DNA of 63,326 bases, filler included, from Nemertoderma westbladi (lineage: Eukaryota > Animalia > Xenacoelomorpha): the NCBI GenBank assembly GCA_032718475.1. It is 3 parts of 3 records of this genome, joined end to end, with 100 filler letters (N's around TTAATTAATTAA, not from the genome) between each part and the next. Parts side by side here need not be neighbours in the genome. Positions count along the whole stretch, not along the records: positions 1 to 30,401 come from JAUCBJ010002532.1; positions 30,502 to 53,313 come from JAUCBJ010000833.1; 1 more part is not named here. One strand, given 5' to 3'. The position numbers were made by a program, and so were the translations under genes. Every line of letters starts with the position of its first letter. Positions within the stretch are counted from its first letter, which is position 1. This document shows positions 23,501 to 36,856 of the stretch, one piece after another. Below the pieces are notes generated by a model that saw nothing but the letters and a program-made list of their open reading frames with translations, had not been told where the DNA came from and did no database searches.

Positions 23501-25684
23501 TTTTAAATATCAAATAAATTTTGTTAAACGGCGCAAGTGTTTGTCCCTGCTCCCCATGAAATTCCTGACATCAAGAGCTTTCAGAAAATATATGGGTTTA
23601 CTATATTCTGGAGAAAAATTTTTTTGGAAAAATTTACACCCGTTTTGGCCAATTTTGGTGAGAATGGGCCCCATAATGATAATGTTAACTAGAATGTGTG
23701 GGTTTTGTATTCGAACAGACAGAAAAACAGCCAGATTGATAGATAGACAGACAAAATTCAACCAAAAATCAAAACTGACATCGGTAATGAAATCACCGAC
23801 AGGTTTAGATACTTCGAGTGTCTTATTCTATTTTAACGGACAAACCAAACAGACAGACTAGATTTGTCCAAACTCGAAAACTGTCGACCACAAAAACCCC
23901 CGTGGTAAAAATTCCAGCTGTCTGCTTCCTTAATAATAACATTCATATGTATATTTTAGTTAATTCATATTGGCAGTCACATAGAGAATGACCAATTTGC
24001 GCATGAAGGTTCAAGCTTTAAACGCATTTTACTCAGAATATTATTTCTCGTTTTTGGTTTCACTCAAAACATATCTACTCCGTAATTTTTTAATCCTTTC
24101 GTTTGAAATTTTCAGTGAATGGTAATGACATGACTCATGACATATTAACCAATAAAAGTTATCGTCAGAATTTTGAAATTTTGATTGTGTATAAGTTATG
24201 TTTTGAGCCGATAATTTGAAAAAATATTGGCCCAAAAGAAAATACATTTTATTTTTTAGTTAACATTACACTTCTGGTCAAAATTTGAAAATTCTGTCTG
24301 CAAGTTTTAGTGGTCAATATTTCAAGACCATTCACTGAAAATTTCAAACAAATTGATTGAAAAATGACGGAGTATATAGATTTAGTAATATGCTACCTTT
24401 TTTCAGAAAAATTGCATAAAATTGGAGGAACATTCAAATTTCAAGTTTTGAATTGAAAAATATCATAAGTACTTACTACTTTTAATTCTGATATCAGTTT
24501 TGATTTTTGGTCTGTATAATCTTTCCGTGTAAGGTTAATTTTATTTGTATTTGAAACATGCCATGTTGTAAAATCGTCAGATAGTTGGGGGACGCCATAA
24601 AACTGGACGCAATAAAAATTCATCCCTCTCATAGGGAAATTTGACGCAAATAACAGCTGATTACTCTCAAAAATAAAACTGTAACCTGTTCTTTTGTGTT
24701 TAGTTTATGGTTTTGATTAAAATAACGTTCCACTGTAACCTGCTCCTTGAGAAAATTAAGAATTTAACATTGAGGCGGGATATTAATTCGCCAAGGCGGG
24801 TTTTGCGTCCAGTCCCCCCCCCCCCCCCCCCCCCCCTGTCTCAAAATCGTGATATCTAAACATATTGAGAAGTCATAACATACATATGCGGATTCGCCAT
24901 TAAATTCTGCAAAATAATGTTTTTGAATTTTTTATCCTATAAGAAGTAAAGTCTCCCTTAAAATTGGTTGTAGAGACGATTTGTTAAAGATAAATTTTAA
25001 AAAATAAAAAATATTCATGTATAAAATTCCAATAAAAAGTCGACCGAAAAGTGAAATCCTGGTATTCTTCACATGGGCGAAAATTATCTTCTCCGCTATC
25101 AACAGTAATCTACAGTAATGGATATTCGCTAAATTAGATTCTTGCAGTTGTAAGTAACCTTTACAATTATTATTGCTAAAATTCATTCAACTTTTTGATC
25201 GGCGTAGTATAGTAATATAAGACAGATTCCCTCTGGGTTGATTGAGAAGGTACTCATTTTATTTAAAAAAATGCATTACTGGTATTATACTGGGTATGGA
25301 AAAATCTTGCAATGTGAAGTCTTATTATGCAGGGGATGTACAGTAAGTAAGTATCTATGTGAGAGTTGAGTGACTGGGAGATGTTTATCCAGATGTTATC
25401 AGATTTTAATTACCATATTTCTAGAAGATTTAACCTACACAATTGCTCAAATACATTCAGCAGAACGGCACAGTAGGTAAATTAAAACTAATTTACTCTG
25501 GGTTGACTGAATTATGTATTTAATGTTTGCCAAGAGTCATTAACCTCATCCCCCTAAAGGTATTTAATTACAACAATTGTAGTACCCGATACTCAACAGA
25601 AGTACTCTGTCCAACTAAAATTCATTCAGCTGGCTGCCACCTAACATAACACTGAGACAGTAGATATTGATATCACCTTGTAGA

Positions 25685-25785
25685 TATTGGACGGATCCAA
25701 GAAGTGGATGTTGGACGGATCCAAGAAGTGGTTGTTGGACGGATCCAAGAAGTGGATGTTAGACAGAGCCAAAAAGTGGATGTCC
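25685..25785. repeat. 24-bp tandem repeat (GATGTTGGACGGATCCAAGAAGTG), about 4 copies
   Basis: Direct repeats visible in the sequence. Confidence 0.85.
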
Positions 25786-26347
25786 TTATTTCTCACGCGT
25801 GTTGGGGTGTTTGTGTGTGTGTTTGTTTGTTCACACTTAAGTTCTTGCACTTAATGTTGATTGAATTGGTTGAAACTTTGATGATAGGTTCATTATCGGA
25901 CCTATTTGTGTATGCAAGGTTTTGGTTGCGAGGGACCTGTTGGTTGCCTAGCAACAGTGAAATTAATTTAATTCTAGAATGAACGATTATAATTGTAGTA
26001 TTCACTCAATCACCCCCTACGGAGCACCTATTAATTGGACATGCTTCATAAGTAAAAGAAGTAAAAGTAAATAAGGCAAGTAAAAGTAATACTTCTCTGC
26101 AGTTTGGGCCTATTCCATTCAATAGCAATAATTACTAGGCCCTCACTATTTTTTTTTCATGAGCACACCAACTAGCTGGTATTTCTATCATTGAGTCTAT
26201 GGCAATTTTCGTGTTATGGGGCTTTTTCGAAATAAAACAAGTTGAGATGTTTCAATTTAAACCGCGTTGCACAAGTACCCATAGAAATCTATTTTCATGG
26301 CCCATGTGAACTTTCCCAGAGTGCCCAGGAAAGTCGAAATAAAATAG

Positions 26348-27960
26348 GTGGGTGGTTGGCTCGGTTGGTCGGTGGGAAGGTGGGTGGGAATGTAGGAAGA
26401 TTGGAAGGTGGAGAGGTTGGTGGGAATGTAGGAAGATGGGAATGCAGGAAGGTGGGGAGGTGGGTGGGAATGTAGGAAGATGGGAAGGTGGGTGGGAATA
26501 TAGAAAGATGGGAATGTAGGAAGATAGGAATGTGGGAAGGTGGGTTGGAATGTGGGTGGGAATGTAGGAAGATGGGAATGCAGCAAGGTGGGGAGGTGGG
26601 TGGGAATGTAGGAAGATAGAATATAGAGAATATAGAAAGATGGGAATGTAGGAAGATAGGAGTGTGGGAAGGTGGGTTGGAATGTGGGTGGAAATGTAGG
26701 AAGATGGGAATGTAGGAAGATGGGAAGGTTGATGGGAATGTAGGAAGATTGGAAGGTGGGAATGTTGGAAGATGGGAATGTGAGAAGGTGGATGGGAATG
26801 TGGGAAGATGGATGGGAATGTGGGAAGGTGGATGGGAATGTAGGAAGATGGGAATGTAGTAAGATGGGAATGTGGGAAGGCGGGTGGGAATGTGGGAAGG
26901 TGAATGTGAATGTAGGAAGATGGGAAGGTTGATGGGAATGTAGGAAGATTGGAATGTGGGAAGGTGGGAATGTTGGAAGATGGAAATGTGAGAAGGTGGA
27001 TGGGAATGTGGGAATTAGGGAAGGTGGATGGGAATGTGGGAAGGTGGGTGGGAATGTAGGAAGATGGGAAGGTGGGGGGGGAGGTGAATGGGAATGTAGG
27101 AAGATGGGAATGTGGGAAGGTGGATGGGAATGAGGGAAGATGTGAATGCGGAAAGGTGGATGGGAATGTGGGAAGGTGGGTGGGAATGTAGGAAGATGGT
27201 TATGTGGGAAGTTGGGTGGAAATGTCGGAAGATGGGAATTGGGGAAAATGGATGTGAATGTGGGAAGGTGGGTGGGAATGAAGGAAGATGGTTATGTGGG
27301 ATGTTGGGTGGGAATGTGGGACGATGGGAAGGTGGAGGAATGTGGGAATATGGATGGGAATGTGGAAAGGTGGGTGGGAATGTAGGAAGATGGGAATGTG
27401 GAAGATGGATGAGAATGCGGGAAGGTGGGTGGGAATGTAGGAAGATGGGAATGTGGGAAGCTGGATGGGAATGTGGGAAGATGGGAATGCGGGAAGGTGG
27501 ATATGAATGTGGGAAGGTGGGTGGGAATGTAGGAAGATGGGAATGTGGGAAGATGGATGAGAATGCGGGAAGGTGGGTGGGAATGTAGGAAGATGGGAAT
27601 GTGGGAAGCTGGATGGGAATGTGGGAAGATGGGAATGCGGGAAGGTGGATATGAATGCGGGAAGGTGGGTGGGAATGTAGGAAGATGGGAATGTGGGAAG
27701 ATGGGGATGCGGGAAGGTGTGGATGGGAATGTTGGAAGATGGGAATGTGGGCGGGAATTGAGGAAGACGGGATGGATGATGGAATGTGGGAAGGTGGATG
27801 GGAATGTAGGAAGATGGGAAAGGTGGGTGGGAATGTAGGAAGATGGGACAGGTGGGTGGGAATGTAGGAAGATGGGAATGTGGGAAGGTGGATGGGAATG
27901 TGGCAAGGTGGGAAGATGGGTGGGAATGTAGAAAGATGGGAATGTGGGAAAATGGGAATG
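26348..27960 (+). repeat. G-rich cryptic satellite (GGGAATGT/GGGAAGAT/GGTGGGT motifs)
   Basis: Low-complexity purine-rich repeats, complementary to 28750-29518. Confidence 0.95.
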
Positions 27961-27974
27961 ACGTTACTTTTACC

Positions 27975-28745
27975 TACCAATGGAGGGAAAGGAGCAGGTT
28001 ACAGAGGCGGGCTTTTCTAACCAAAACAATAAACGATATTGTTACCAATTAAGGGAAAGGAGCAGGTTACAGAGGCGGGCTTTTCTAAACGAAACAATAA
28101 ACGATGTTGTTGCCTACCATTCGAGGGGAAGGAGTAGGTTACAGAGGCGGGCTTTTCTATCCAAAACAATAAACGATATTGTCACCAATTGAAGGAAAAG
28201 AGCAGGTTACAGTGGCGGGATTTTCTAACCAAAACAATAAACGATATTGTTACCAATTGAGGGAATGGAGCAGGTTATAGAGGCGGGGTTTTCTAACCAA
28301 AACAATAAACGATAGGGGAATTATTACCAATTGAGGGAAAGGAGCAGGTTACATAGGCGGGCTTTTCTAACCAAAACAATAACCGATATTGTCACCAATT
28401 GAGGGAAAGGAGGAGGTTACAGAGGCGGGTTTTTCTAACCAAAACAGTAAACGATATTGTTACCAATTGAGGAAAGGAGCAGGTTACAGAGGCGGACTTT
28501 TCTAAACAAAACAATAAACGTTGTTTTTACGCTACCAATTGAGATAAAGGAGCAGGTCACAGCAGCGGGCATTTCTAACCAAAACAATAAACGTTGTTGT
28601 GTTGTTATCTACCAATTGAAGGAAAAGAGTAGTTTACAGAGGCGGGCTTTTCTAAACAAAACAATAAACGTTGTTTTTACCTACCAATTGAGGGAAAGGA
28701 GCAGGTTACATCAGCGGGCTTTTCTATCCAAACAATAAACATTGT
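27975..28745. repeat. About 70-bp tandem array, 11 units (CCAATTGAGGGAAAGGAGCAGGTTACAGAGGCGGGCTTTTCTAACCAAAACAATAAACGAT...)
   Basis: CAATAAAC/CAGTAAAC core counted 11 times. Confidence 0.92.
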
Positions 28746-28749
28746 TATT

Positions 28750-29518
28750 CACATCTTCCCACATTCCCACAACCTTCCCACCTTTCCATCTTCTTACGAT
28801 CCCATGAACCTTCCCATCTTCCCACCCAGCCACCATCCCACATTCCCATCCACCATCCCACATTCCCATCCACCTTCCCACCCAGCCACCATCCCACATT
28901 CCCATCCACCATCCCACATTCCCATCCACCTTCCCACATTGCCATCTTCCCACATTCCCATGCACCTTCCCACATTCCCATCTTCCCACATTTCCATCCA
29001 TCTTCCCACATTCCCATCCACATTCCATCTTCCCACATTCCCATCTTCCCACATTCCCGTCTTACTCATTCCCACCCACCTTCCCACATTCCCATCCACA
29101 TTCCCATCTTCCCACATTTCCATCCATCTTCCCACATTCCCATCCACCTTTCCACATTCCCATCTTCCTACATTCCCACCCACCTTCCCACATTTCCATC
29201 TTCCCACATTCCCATCTTCCTACATTCCCACCCACCTTCCCATCTTCCCATCCACCTTGCCGCATTCCCATCTTCCCACATCCCCACCCATCTTCCCATT
29301 CACCCACATTCCCATCTTCCCACCCACCCACCTTCCCACCCACCCACCTTCCCACCCACCGACCTTCCCACCCACCCACCTTCCCACCCACCCACCTTCC
29401 CACCCACCCACCTTCCCACCCACCCACCTTCCCACCTACCCACCTTCCGACCCACCCACCTTCCCACCCACCCACCTTCCCACCCACCCACCTTCCCACC
29501 CACCCACCTTCTCACTCA
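28750..29518 (-). repeat. C-rich satellite (CCCACATTCCCATCTT / CCACCCACCTTC), inverse of 26348-27960
   Basis: Reverse complement of the same motifs. Confidence 0.95.
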
Positions 29519-29821
29519 CCGTCCGACCGACTGATCAATAGACCATCCCCCCTCATAAAAAGAGGACTTCGCGCAGCATGTGAATACTAAAATACCCCCC
29601 ATGTGAAATTTCCCAGACTGTTTGGGAAGATGGTCGAAAATACGAAAGTTGCCTAATGATAGTGAATGGGCCACATTCCTTTTCGATGTGGTTTTGTTTT
29701 TCTCTGGGAAAGGGAATCCTGGGAAACTTCACATGGGCGATTTTCATGGTTCATGCAAATAAATTTCATCAAAGAGCCGTTTTTGCTCTAGGTCAGTAGG
29801 TAGGTACTGTAGTAGCCAGTA

Positions 29822-30001
29822 GCATGGTGGACAGCCCATGACTTTCTTGAGACGCATCTTAAAGGACACTGGGCTTGAAGATGTGGATGATCTAGCAAAT
29901 GTCACGTGTGATAGGGAGTTGTGGCGGCGCAATTTTGTCGACAAGCCGGCACAGCATTCTTAAAAATGCAGCTGCAATGCAGCATGCCGATCCTAGTAGT
30001 A
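29822..30001 (+). mobile_element. 5'-truncated 3' end of the same RTE-group LINE as 12740-14240
   Basis: Closely matches 14047-14240 (GCATGGTGGACAGC...GCAGCTGCAATGCAGCATGCCGATC). Has a (TAG)n tail and TSD GTAGTAGCCAGTA at 29809-29821 and 30002-30014. Confidence 0.85.
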
Positions 30002-30401
30002 GTAGTAGCCAGTACCGGTAGTCAGTAGCTTTTTTTCTTCAGTAATTAAGTCTTCCGACTTGCTAAAAATAATACTGCTGCCAAGGGATATTACCGCCAC
30101 CCCCAGGGATCTCACCCTTGGCCTGTTTTCCAGCCAGGTTTACCTACCGGTACTGTACGAAACTTTGTGTTTAGAAACTCCCAGGAAAAGCATAGCCGTC
30201 ACATAGCTGGAAATTGTAGGTGGTACCCGACGAAGAGCGGCAACAGGCTATTTTTAGCCGGCGTTTTTACGGCGTTGTATAGCCTAAAAAGTTCCGGCTC
30301 ATATTGCTGACCTATTGTCGGCGAATCGCCGGCAATTTGTAGCCGGCTATTAACAGGCAATTAATCTCCGGCTATATTCCGGCTACATTTCGTCTGTTTG
30401 T

Positions 30402-30501
30402 NNNNNNNNNNNNNNNNNNNNNNNNNNNNNNNNNNNNNNNNNNNNTTAATTAATTAANNNNNNNNNNNNNNNNNNNNNNNNNNNNNNNNNNNNNNNNNNN
30501 N
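30402..30501. other. Artificial contig spacer N44-TTAATTAATTAA-N44
   Basis: Exactly 100 bp with a central 12-mer giving stops in all six frames. Identical to 53314-53413. Confidence 0.97.
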
Positions 30502-30809
30502 CCCAGAGGATCAAATATGCTTATTTTTTTGAGGATAACACAAAGGTTAACTTTGCTTATTTCTTATTTAAAAAATTTTATGTATATCAGTATATATTTT
30601 TCTTAAATAAGAAAGTAGATAAATTTTCCAGCCTGCCAGCAGTTCATTCCAGATTCTGAGCTGACCTGATATGGCAGTATGGCTGCAGGCTGGGGCTGGG
30701 ATACTGGATACTGTTAGTTACCCCGTCATCCTGTCTAGGCTATATGGCTGTATGGTTTGCAGTTTCAGATAATACAGCAATATAAAACTACATCCCTCCA
30801 ACACAGAGG

Positions 30810-31625
30810 GATATTTTTTACAATAATTATTACAGTAATATTTATTGATCAATAATATTTTTAAAATAATAAATAATTAGGCCTATTGCTATTAATGCAT
30901 ATTATTTTTATAATAATTAATGATTATTTATGGATCAAACAATAATATTTTTGTAATAGGCCTAATTAACAGACTGACAGATTAATAATTATTCATGCAA
31001 TATTATTTTTACAATAGGCCTAATTCTGTAATTAAAAATTATTTTGCAATAATATTTTAAAATAATTAATAAATTATTAATGCAATGTTATTTTATAATA
31101 ATTGCTGAATTGGGCCTAATGATTATTTATGCATCAAGCAATAATATTTTTGTAATAATTAACAGATTAATAATTATTCATGCAATATTATTTTTACAAT
31201 ACCCCAGTCAGCCAGTAGGCTTAATTAATAATTACTTTGCTGCTTTGCAATAATATTTTAAAATAATTATTAACTATTGATGCAATATTATTTTTACAAT
31301 AATTAATAATTATTTTATTTATACAATAATATTTTTTTTAATAATTAATAATTATTTATGCAATAATATTTTTTTTAATAATTAATAATTATTTATGCAA
31401 TAATATTGATTGTTACAATAATTAGGCCTAATAATTATTTATGCAATAATATTTTTTTAATAGGCCTAATTAATAATACTGTAATTTATTTATGCAATAA
31501 TATTTTTACAATAATTAATAATCATTTATGCAATAATATTTTTACAATAATTAATAATTATTTATGCTATAATATTTTTACAATAATTAATAGTTATTGA
31601 TAGAAAAGTTTTTTTACAATAATAT
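30810..31625. repeat. AT-rich degenerate tandem repeat (AATAATTAATAATTATTTATGCAATAATATTTTTAC, about 40 bp)
   Basis: Recurrent TGCAATAATATTTTT motif. Confidence 0.8.
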
Positions 31626-31675
31626 AGTATAATCACTTTAATCAGATTGATAAGCGAGAAGTTTTCTAGGATGGC

Positions 31676-32907
31676 TAAAACGTCTGTCCTTATCTGATCT
31701 GATCTGATCTGACGGTATCTGACACTTGTTCCACCTTGGTTCAGTTGTGACAACTCATAGTCCTATCCTATCTTATATTTTAGAGGTTTAAGGGTGCTCT
31801 GAATTCAATGGAATAAATATTTATCTAACAACTATACATCTCAAACTTGTATTTTTCGGAAATATATGGGGTTTATTGCGTTATACGGATTTGTGAGGGT
31901 TCTGAATTCAATGGAATATGTAAAAATTGCATAAGAATTCTGAAACTTGTATTTTTCGGTGGTGGGTGAAAATTTTCAACAACATCGTTTATTGTTTTGG
32001 TTAGAAATTGCCGCAGCTGTAACCTGCTCTTTTCCTTCAATTGGAAGGTAACAACATCGTTTATTGATTCCCATCCACCTTCCCATCTTCCTTCATCGTT
32101 TGGGTATAATAAACTCCACTGTATCAGCTGTCAATCAGGGCAATATGGGGAATGTTAAAGTGTTTCGCCATATTCGGCAGTAACAGTACTGTACACTGTA
32201 CAGTACAGTACTGTACACTGTACAGTACAGTACTGTACAGTACAGTACTGTACACTGTACAGTACAGTACAGTACTGTACACTGTACACTCATTTTTCAC
32301 TGGGCTGTACAGTGTACAGAGGTACCGTACTCTACCTCTTCCTGCCATCCCTTTAGCGTAACAAACAAATAATAAATATTTTCAATGTAATATACTAATA
32401 AGCACAGTATCATTATTTAATAATAATATTAATTATAATTAAAATAATTAACTTTAACTATTACTGTATTAATAAACTATTAACAAGAAAGATACTAAAA
32501 TATTGCAGCAGAAAGGCTGTATTGTTTTTAATAAATGATTAATGTTTCAACACCAACTACATCTGCGAAAGGTGTTTTTACATCTGAAACTATCCATATT
32601 TGCTGGGGCAATTACAGAACTTTGAAGTTGAAGTTGAAGTTTTTTATAAGCCATATAAAATGTAAGACATCTCATAAGACATCTCATTTCATGTATATCG
32701 CATTTTTAACATGCCTATGCTGCATTGGCTGCATACCGGTATGCCTGAAGGCCTACTGCTCTGTCATATGATGATACTGACATACTGATACATAACATGG
32801 CAACCTGATCAGCCCTATTGGCTATTTACCTATATCTCTTTCTCCTGATTGGTTATAGGATCAGATGCCGTCAGATCAGATCAGATCAGATAAGGACAGA
32901 CGTTTTA
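31676..32907. mobile_element. Putative MITE bounded by about 47-bp inverted repeats containing (GATCT)n
   Basis: TAAAACGTCTGTCCTTATCTGATCTGATCTGATCTGACGGTATCTGA (31676-31722) is inverted at 32861-32907 with 1 mismatch. TSD not identified. Confidence 0.6.
32180..32320. repeat. Self-complementary (CAGTA/TACTG/TACAC) microsatellite
   Basis: Interleaved ACAGT/ACTGT units. Confidence 0.85.
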
Positions 32908-33094
32908 TTCTACCTCAATAAGAAATGGCAATAATTACAAATAACCACGCCATCAATAAACTGTTCACTCTTCTATAAAAACATTTTATGTTTTATAAGG
33001 ACAAAAGTTTATGCATACTGAGTAGAAACTAAAAATAAATGAATGATCATGCGTCCTAATTAATCGAATCTGTTTAAATGGCAATGTTCTATTT

Positions 33095-33190
33095 AATTAG
33101 GCCTACAAGTTTTAAGTTTGTCACAAAAGGACTTAACACTTACTGATTCGATAACGTCACTGGGAAGTGAGTTCCATATTGGTACTAGGA
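33095..33190 (-). mobile_element. Remnant of a CR1/L2-group LINE ORF2 C-terminus
   Basis: Minus strand translates LVPIWNSLPSDVIESVSVKSF..KLKT, similar to IWNSLPLDVRNSVSLETFKHKVK of the intact LINE. A matching (AACTTC)n tail lies at 32623-32650. Confidence 0.65.
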
Positions 33191-33604
33191 TTGTTATAGG
33201 TCGCATCCCTTTTAGAACGTACAGTACCTACCTTGCTTTATTTATTACTCTGTTGTGCCATCGGCGCTACAGAAATGGAATGCCATAGAACGCAACAGAA
33301 TGTACAAGCCAATGGAATTAGAGTTGAATGAATAAACCAATCCTGGATTGTTGCGCCAATGCTGCCCATTGGTTATAGAGCTTTTGCGCTGTTGCGTGTT
33401 TTCCAGTAAGCCTTTTAAAGAACTGTTCCACATTTTTGACAAACATACGCTTAGGACTGTATTACTATAATCTAATACGTAACTCAAATACTCTCACTGT
33501 ATAGTGTATATCTATAATAATACAGTAATTATAATAGAACAACACACCTTATCGTATTATTTTATTTCTTCTTATAATAATGTAACTAGGCTTAGTAGGC
33601 TTCC

Positions 33605-34242
33605 CTGCCAGACTGGAATCCATACACTTTGCGCTGGATTAATCCGGCGCACTTTGCAATAAAAGCGCGCCAATGTGGTGCGTGGCGCGCTCGAAAATCG
33701 TAAAGCGCGCCGACTTTGGCGCGTGGCGCGCTCGAAAATCGTAAAGCGCGCCGGCTTTCAGCTTTGGCGCTCCCAAAAATAAAAACCGGCGCCGATTTGA
33801 TAGTTTACAGGTTTAACAATTACAGAATTATGGAAGTGCCTTAAAAATAGCATTAGCCAGTTAGCTGTTTAAAAATTTCGGCTCGCTTCGCTCGCCTTTC
33901 TTTTTCTGTTGTCTGGTTGTATGGTTCAGTGGTTAGGCTACTGTTGTATACAGATATAGGGCAGCAGGTGGCAGGGACTGGTACAGCAGTACTGACTGAC
34001 ATTGACAGATGGGTTACACTCCCTCAAAATTGAATTTGTATTGGCGTGGCGCTCTTCAAAATTGTTTCAATGTGTGGCACGCTTAAAAATTTAGTTGGCG
34101 CGGGGTTTCTTCGAAATTGCATCGGCATGCTTAAAAATTTAGTTGGCGCGGGGTTTTTCTTCGAAATGGCATCGGCGCGCGGCGCGCATAAAAATTGGTC
34201 GGCGCGCTATCCGGCGCACTTTTTGGATGGATTCTATACAGG
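33605..34242. mobile_element. Putative MITE rich in GGCGCG motifs
   Basis: Short imperfect inverted ends (GGAATCCAT / ATGGATTC), direct repeat AGGCTTCCCTG at both boundaries, internal GCGCGC/GGCGCG subrepeats. Confidence 0.5.
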
Positions 34243-35342
34243 CTTCCCTGTAAATATCTGAATATATAAATAAATGATTAATTTTGACTTGCGGCGAGGT
34301 GTCCGATAATTTGCGGCGAAATGGCATTCACAGTGAGACACCTCGCCGCAAGACACCTCGCCGCACATTATCTGCGGCGAAATGACTTGCGGCGAAGTGG
34401 CAGTGCGGCGAGGTGACCAGCACCCTACCTACTAATAATCATTATACATAAACCTACTAAAGTAGGGACAGTAGTAAACTACTAGTAAACCTACTAATGA
34501 CGGCATCTGTAAAAATAATTTTTGAACAACATTACCCCAAAGTGTCAACAATTCGACCTATATTTTGACATTGAAAAAAAGTGAATTTTTGAACAATGCA
34601 TTCTTGGCTCTAGTGATCACAAATGCGAAGCAATGACAAAATTTATTTTACTATTTGATTGATAGACAATTTATTCAGACATCTTCTAATATTTCAATTT
34701 TTATCATTCCATCACGCAATCACCCACAATTAGTGTTAGACCGGAGCTCCGGCTCCGGTCCGGATCCGGCCCGGAAAATGGTGCTCCGGTTCAGGTCCGG
34801 CTCCGGCTAAAATGTGACCGGAGGACCGGAGCTCCAGTATAAAACTGTAAAAGACAGACATCAGGACATAGACTGATAGACACACAATGTACAATGCACA
34901 ATCAGTTGTCCACAGTCACAGTACCGGTAATCTATTCCATATTCCATCATACTGTCATAGTACAGCTACACTGCATACTGATGTACTGGCCTACCAGGTG
35001 CCAGGCTGAGGCTGAGGCTAGAGTCAGTACACTAGTACCTACAGCTGAAGTTGAAGTTGAAGTTTTTTATTAACATCGTACATAACAATAACATAACATA
35101 AACAGCATATTAAAAACCGGTATATGGAGATTGTCTGTTTTAAAAATAATGCAACAAATTCCGGTAATGCAACAAAAACCGGTATATGGAGATTGTCTGT
35201 TTTAAAAATAATGCAACAAATAGGGCTCAACAGAAGCTTCGGTTCGGTTCGGGCCGAAGTTTGGCAATTTCGGTTCGGTTCGGCTTCTGCAATTGATACT
35301 GCAGAAGCCCGGAGCAAACTTTGCTAAATATTCCAAGTATTA

Positions 35343-36777
35343 CAGTTAGGTACAATGGCCAAATCTGGCAACCTCAAAAGTTGCCACATATGGCAATGTT
35401 TATTGCCAGATCTGGCAACTTTTGGTTTTTCTAATTTTCGCACGCCCAGAAGCAAAATCGCATTTTGGTAAATAGTTAAGTGAAAAGAGCGCGAAATTTA
35501 AATATAATTGACCGTATAAGAAAAAAAATCATCGTCTGAATTTCTCTTAGCAATAGGCCGAAATGTGCCTAAAATAATTATTGCCATTTTTGGCAACCAT
35601 TAGAATTAAAGAAAAATAATGGTTGCCATTTTTGGCAACAATTATTATTGTGCAGCCCTGTCAGTAACCCTGTCATTGTAAATTGCTTACTGCTTGCTTA
35701 CCCTTGTCGAGTTGTGAATTGTGATATTTATAAACATTAGGCCTATTAGTTGATGAAATGTCAGAATGTTGGCCTATTTGATATGTTGTTAATATGTTAA
35801 TGGACATATGGATGAGTCTGTAAAATATACCGTACTGGTAGATTGGTATAGGCCCTATCCTGCTATCTGCCTATGGTATAGGCATAAACAAATCTAAAGA
35901 ATCACATGCTTCAAAGGCTGAAATGGAAATAAACGTAATAATATTTGACAACGTCAGAACGTTAACATCACCAAAAGGCAGCAAGAAGGCAAGGGGGCAT
36001 TCAAGTTTGAGAAACGGCGTGACGGAAGAAAAATAGTGTCAAAATTTAGAAAGACTGATAAAACCAAAACGCGTGTTAACAAGTTAACTAAGTTAATGGA
36101 TTCAACAAATTGTTTCTAGTAGGGTAGGCCCTAATCAGCTAATGAAAAACGGGATGAAATTATTTTCATTATATGTCTGTATGTAGTCGGCTATGTACTG
36201 ATGTAGGAATGGAAAGATAGATATACTGAACTGATATAGAGTGAAGGATGATTTAGATTGCTGGGCAATTGTATCAGCATTACACAGTTACAATCTTTAA
36301 CTACTAAACTATTATTGGTAAAAACAACAATCAACCACCTCCCCAAGCAGCGCCAGAGATTACTAGCAAAAATGTCAAAAAAACTATCACCAGTCAGTCT
36401 GTGTTTGTGTTATTGACTCTCATTCTCACCTCATTTATTAGGATATATTGCTGTATTGGTTAGAACTTAGAATATGCCACTACTGGTACTGGCTGACTGG
36501 TATAAGTATAACCTGTAACCTGGCCCTACCCCTTTGCCTTTTTTCTAGGCCTAACATTAACATTTCAGGATCTAAGGAATGACCATACTGCCATAGAAGG
36601 ACTTAATGACGTAGAACCATATAATCCATATTCAATGAGTTAGTTAAGTTGCCAAATATGGCAACAACGGCTTTATATAGTTGCCAAATTAGGCAATCAG
36701 AAATGTTGCCAAATTTTGCTTGGTTGCCAAATATGGCAATCACAATCATTGCCAGATTTGGCCATTGTACCTAACTG
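35343..36777. mobile_element. Non-autonomous Tc1/mariner-like TIR element
   Basis: Perfect 29-bp TIR CAGTTAGGTACAATGGCCAAATCTGGCAA, flanked by TA (TATTA on both sides), with internal TTGCCA..TGGCAA palindromic subrepeats. Confidence 0.85.
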
Positions 36778-36856
36778 TATTACATTGACTGATTTAGCTA
36801 AGACCAGAAGACAGTAAGACTAATCAATCTGTCCATCGTTGTACTAATTAATTTTG

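Larger units (their letters stand above)
26299..29739. mobile_element. 3.4-kb non-autonomous foldback-type DNA element with 8-bp TSD
   Basis: Left end GGCCCATGTGAACTTTCCCAG, right end CTGGGAAACTTCACATGGGCG, flanked by ATTTTCAT (26291-26298 and 29740-29747). Interior: G-rich arm, central array, complementary C-rich arm. Confidence 0.8.

Noticed and set aside
24222-25087. Complete third copy of the (G/C)GCCCATGT family
   Set aside because: The right end is clear at 25079, but the candidate left end (GGCCCAAAAG at about 24229) and TSD (AAAATATT vs AAAATTAT) match poorly.
26242-29541. His/Pro-rich and Gly/Trp-rich ORFs
   Set aside because: Translations of low-complexity satellite within a TIR element.
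30446-30457. TTAATTAATTAA as a biological motif
   Set aside because: Centred in N-runs and repeated identically at 53358-53369; synthetic linker.
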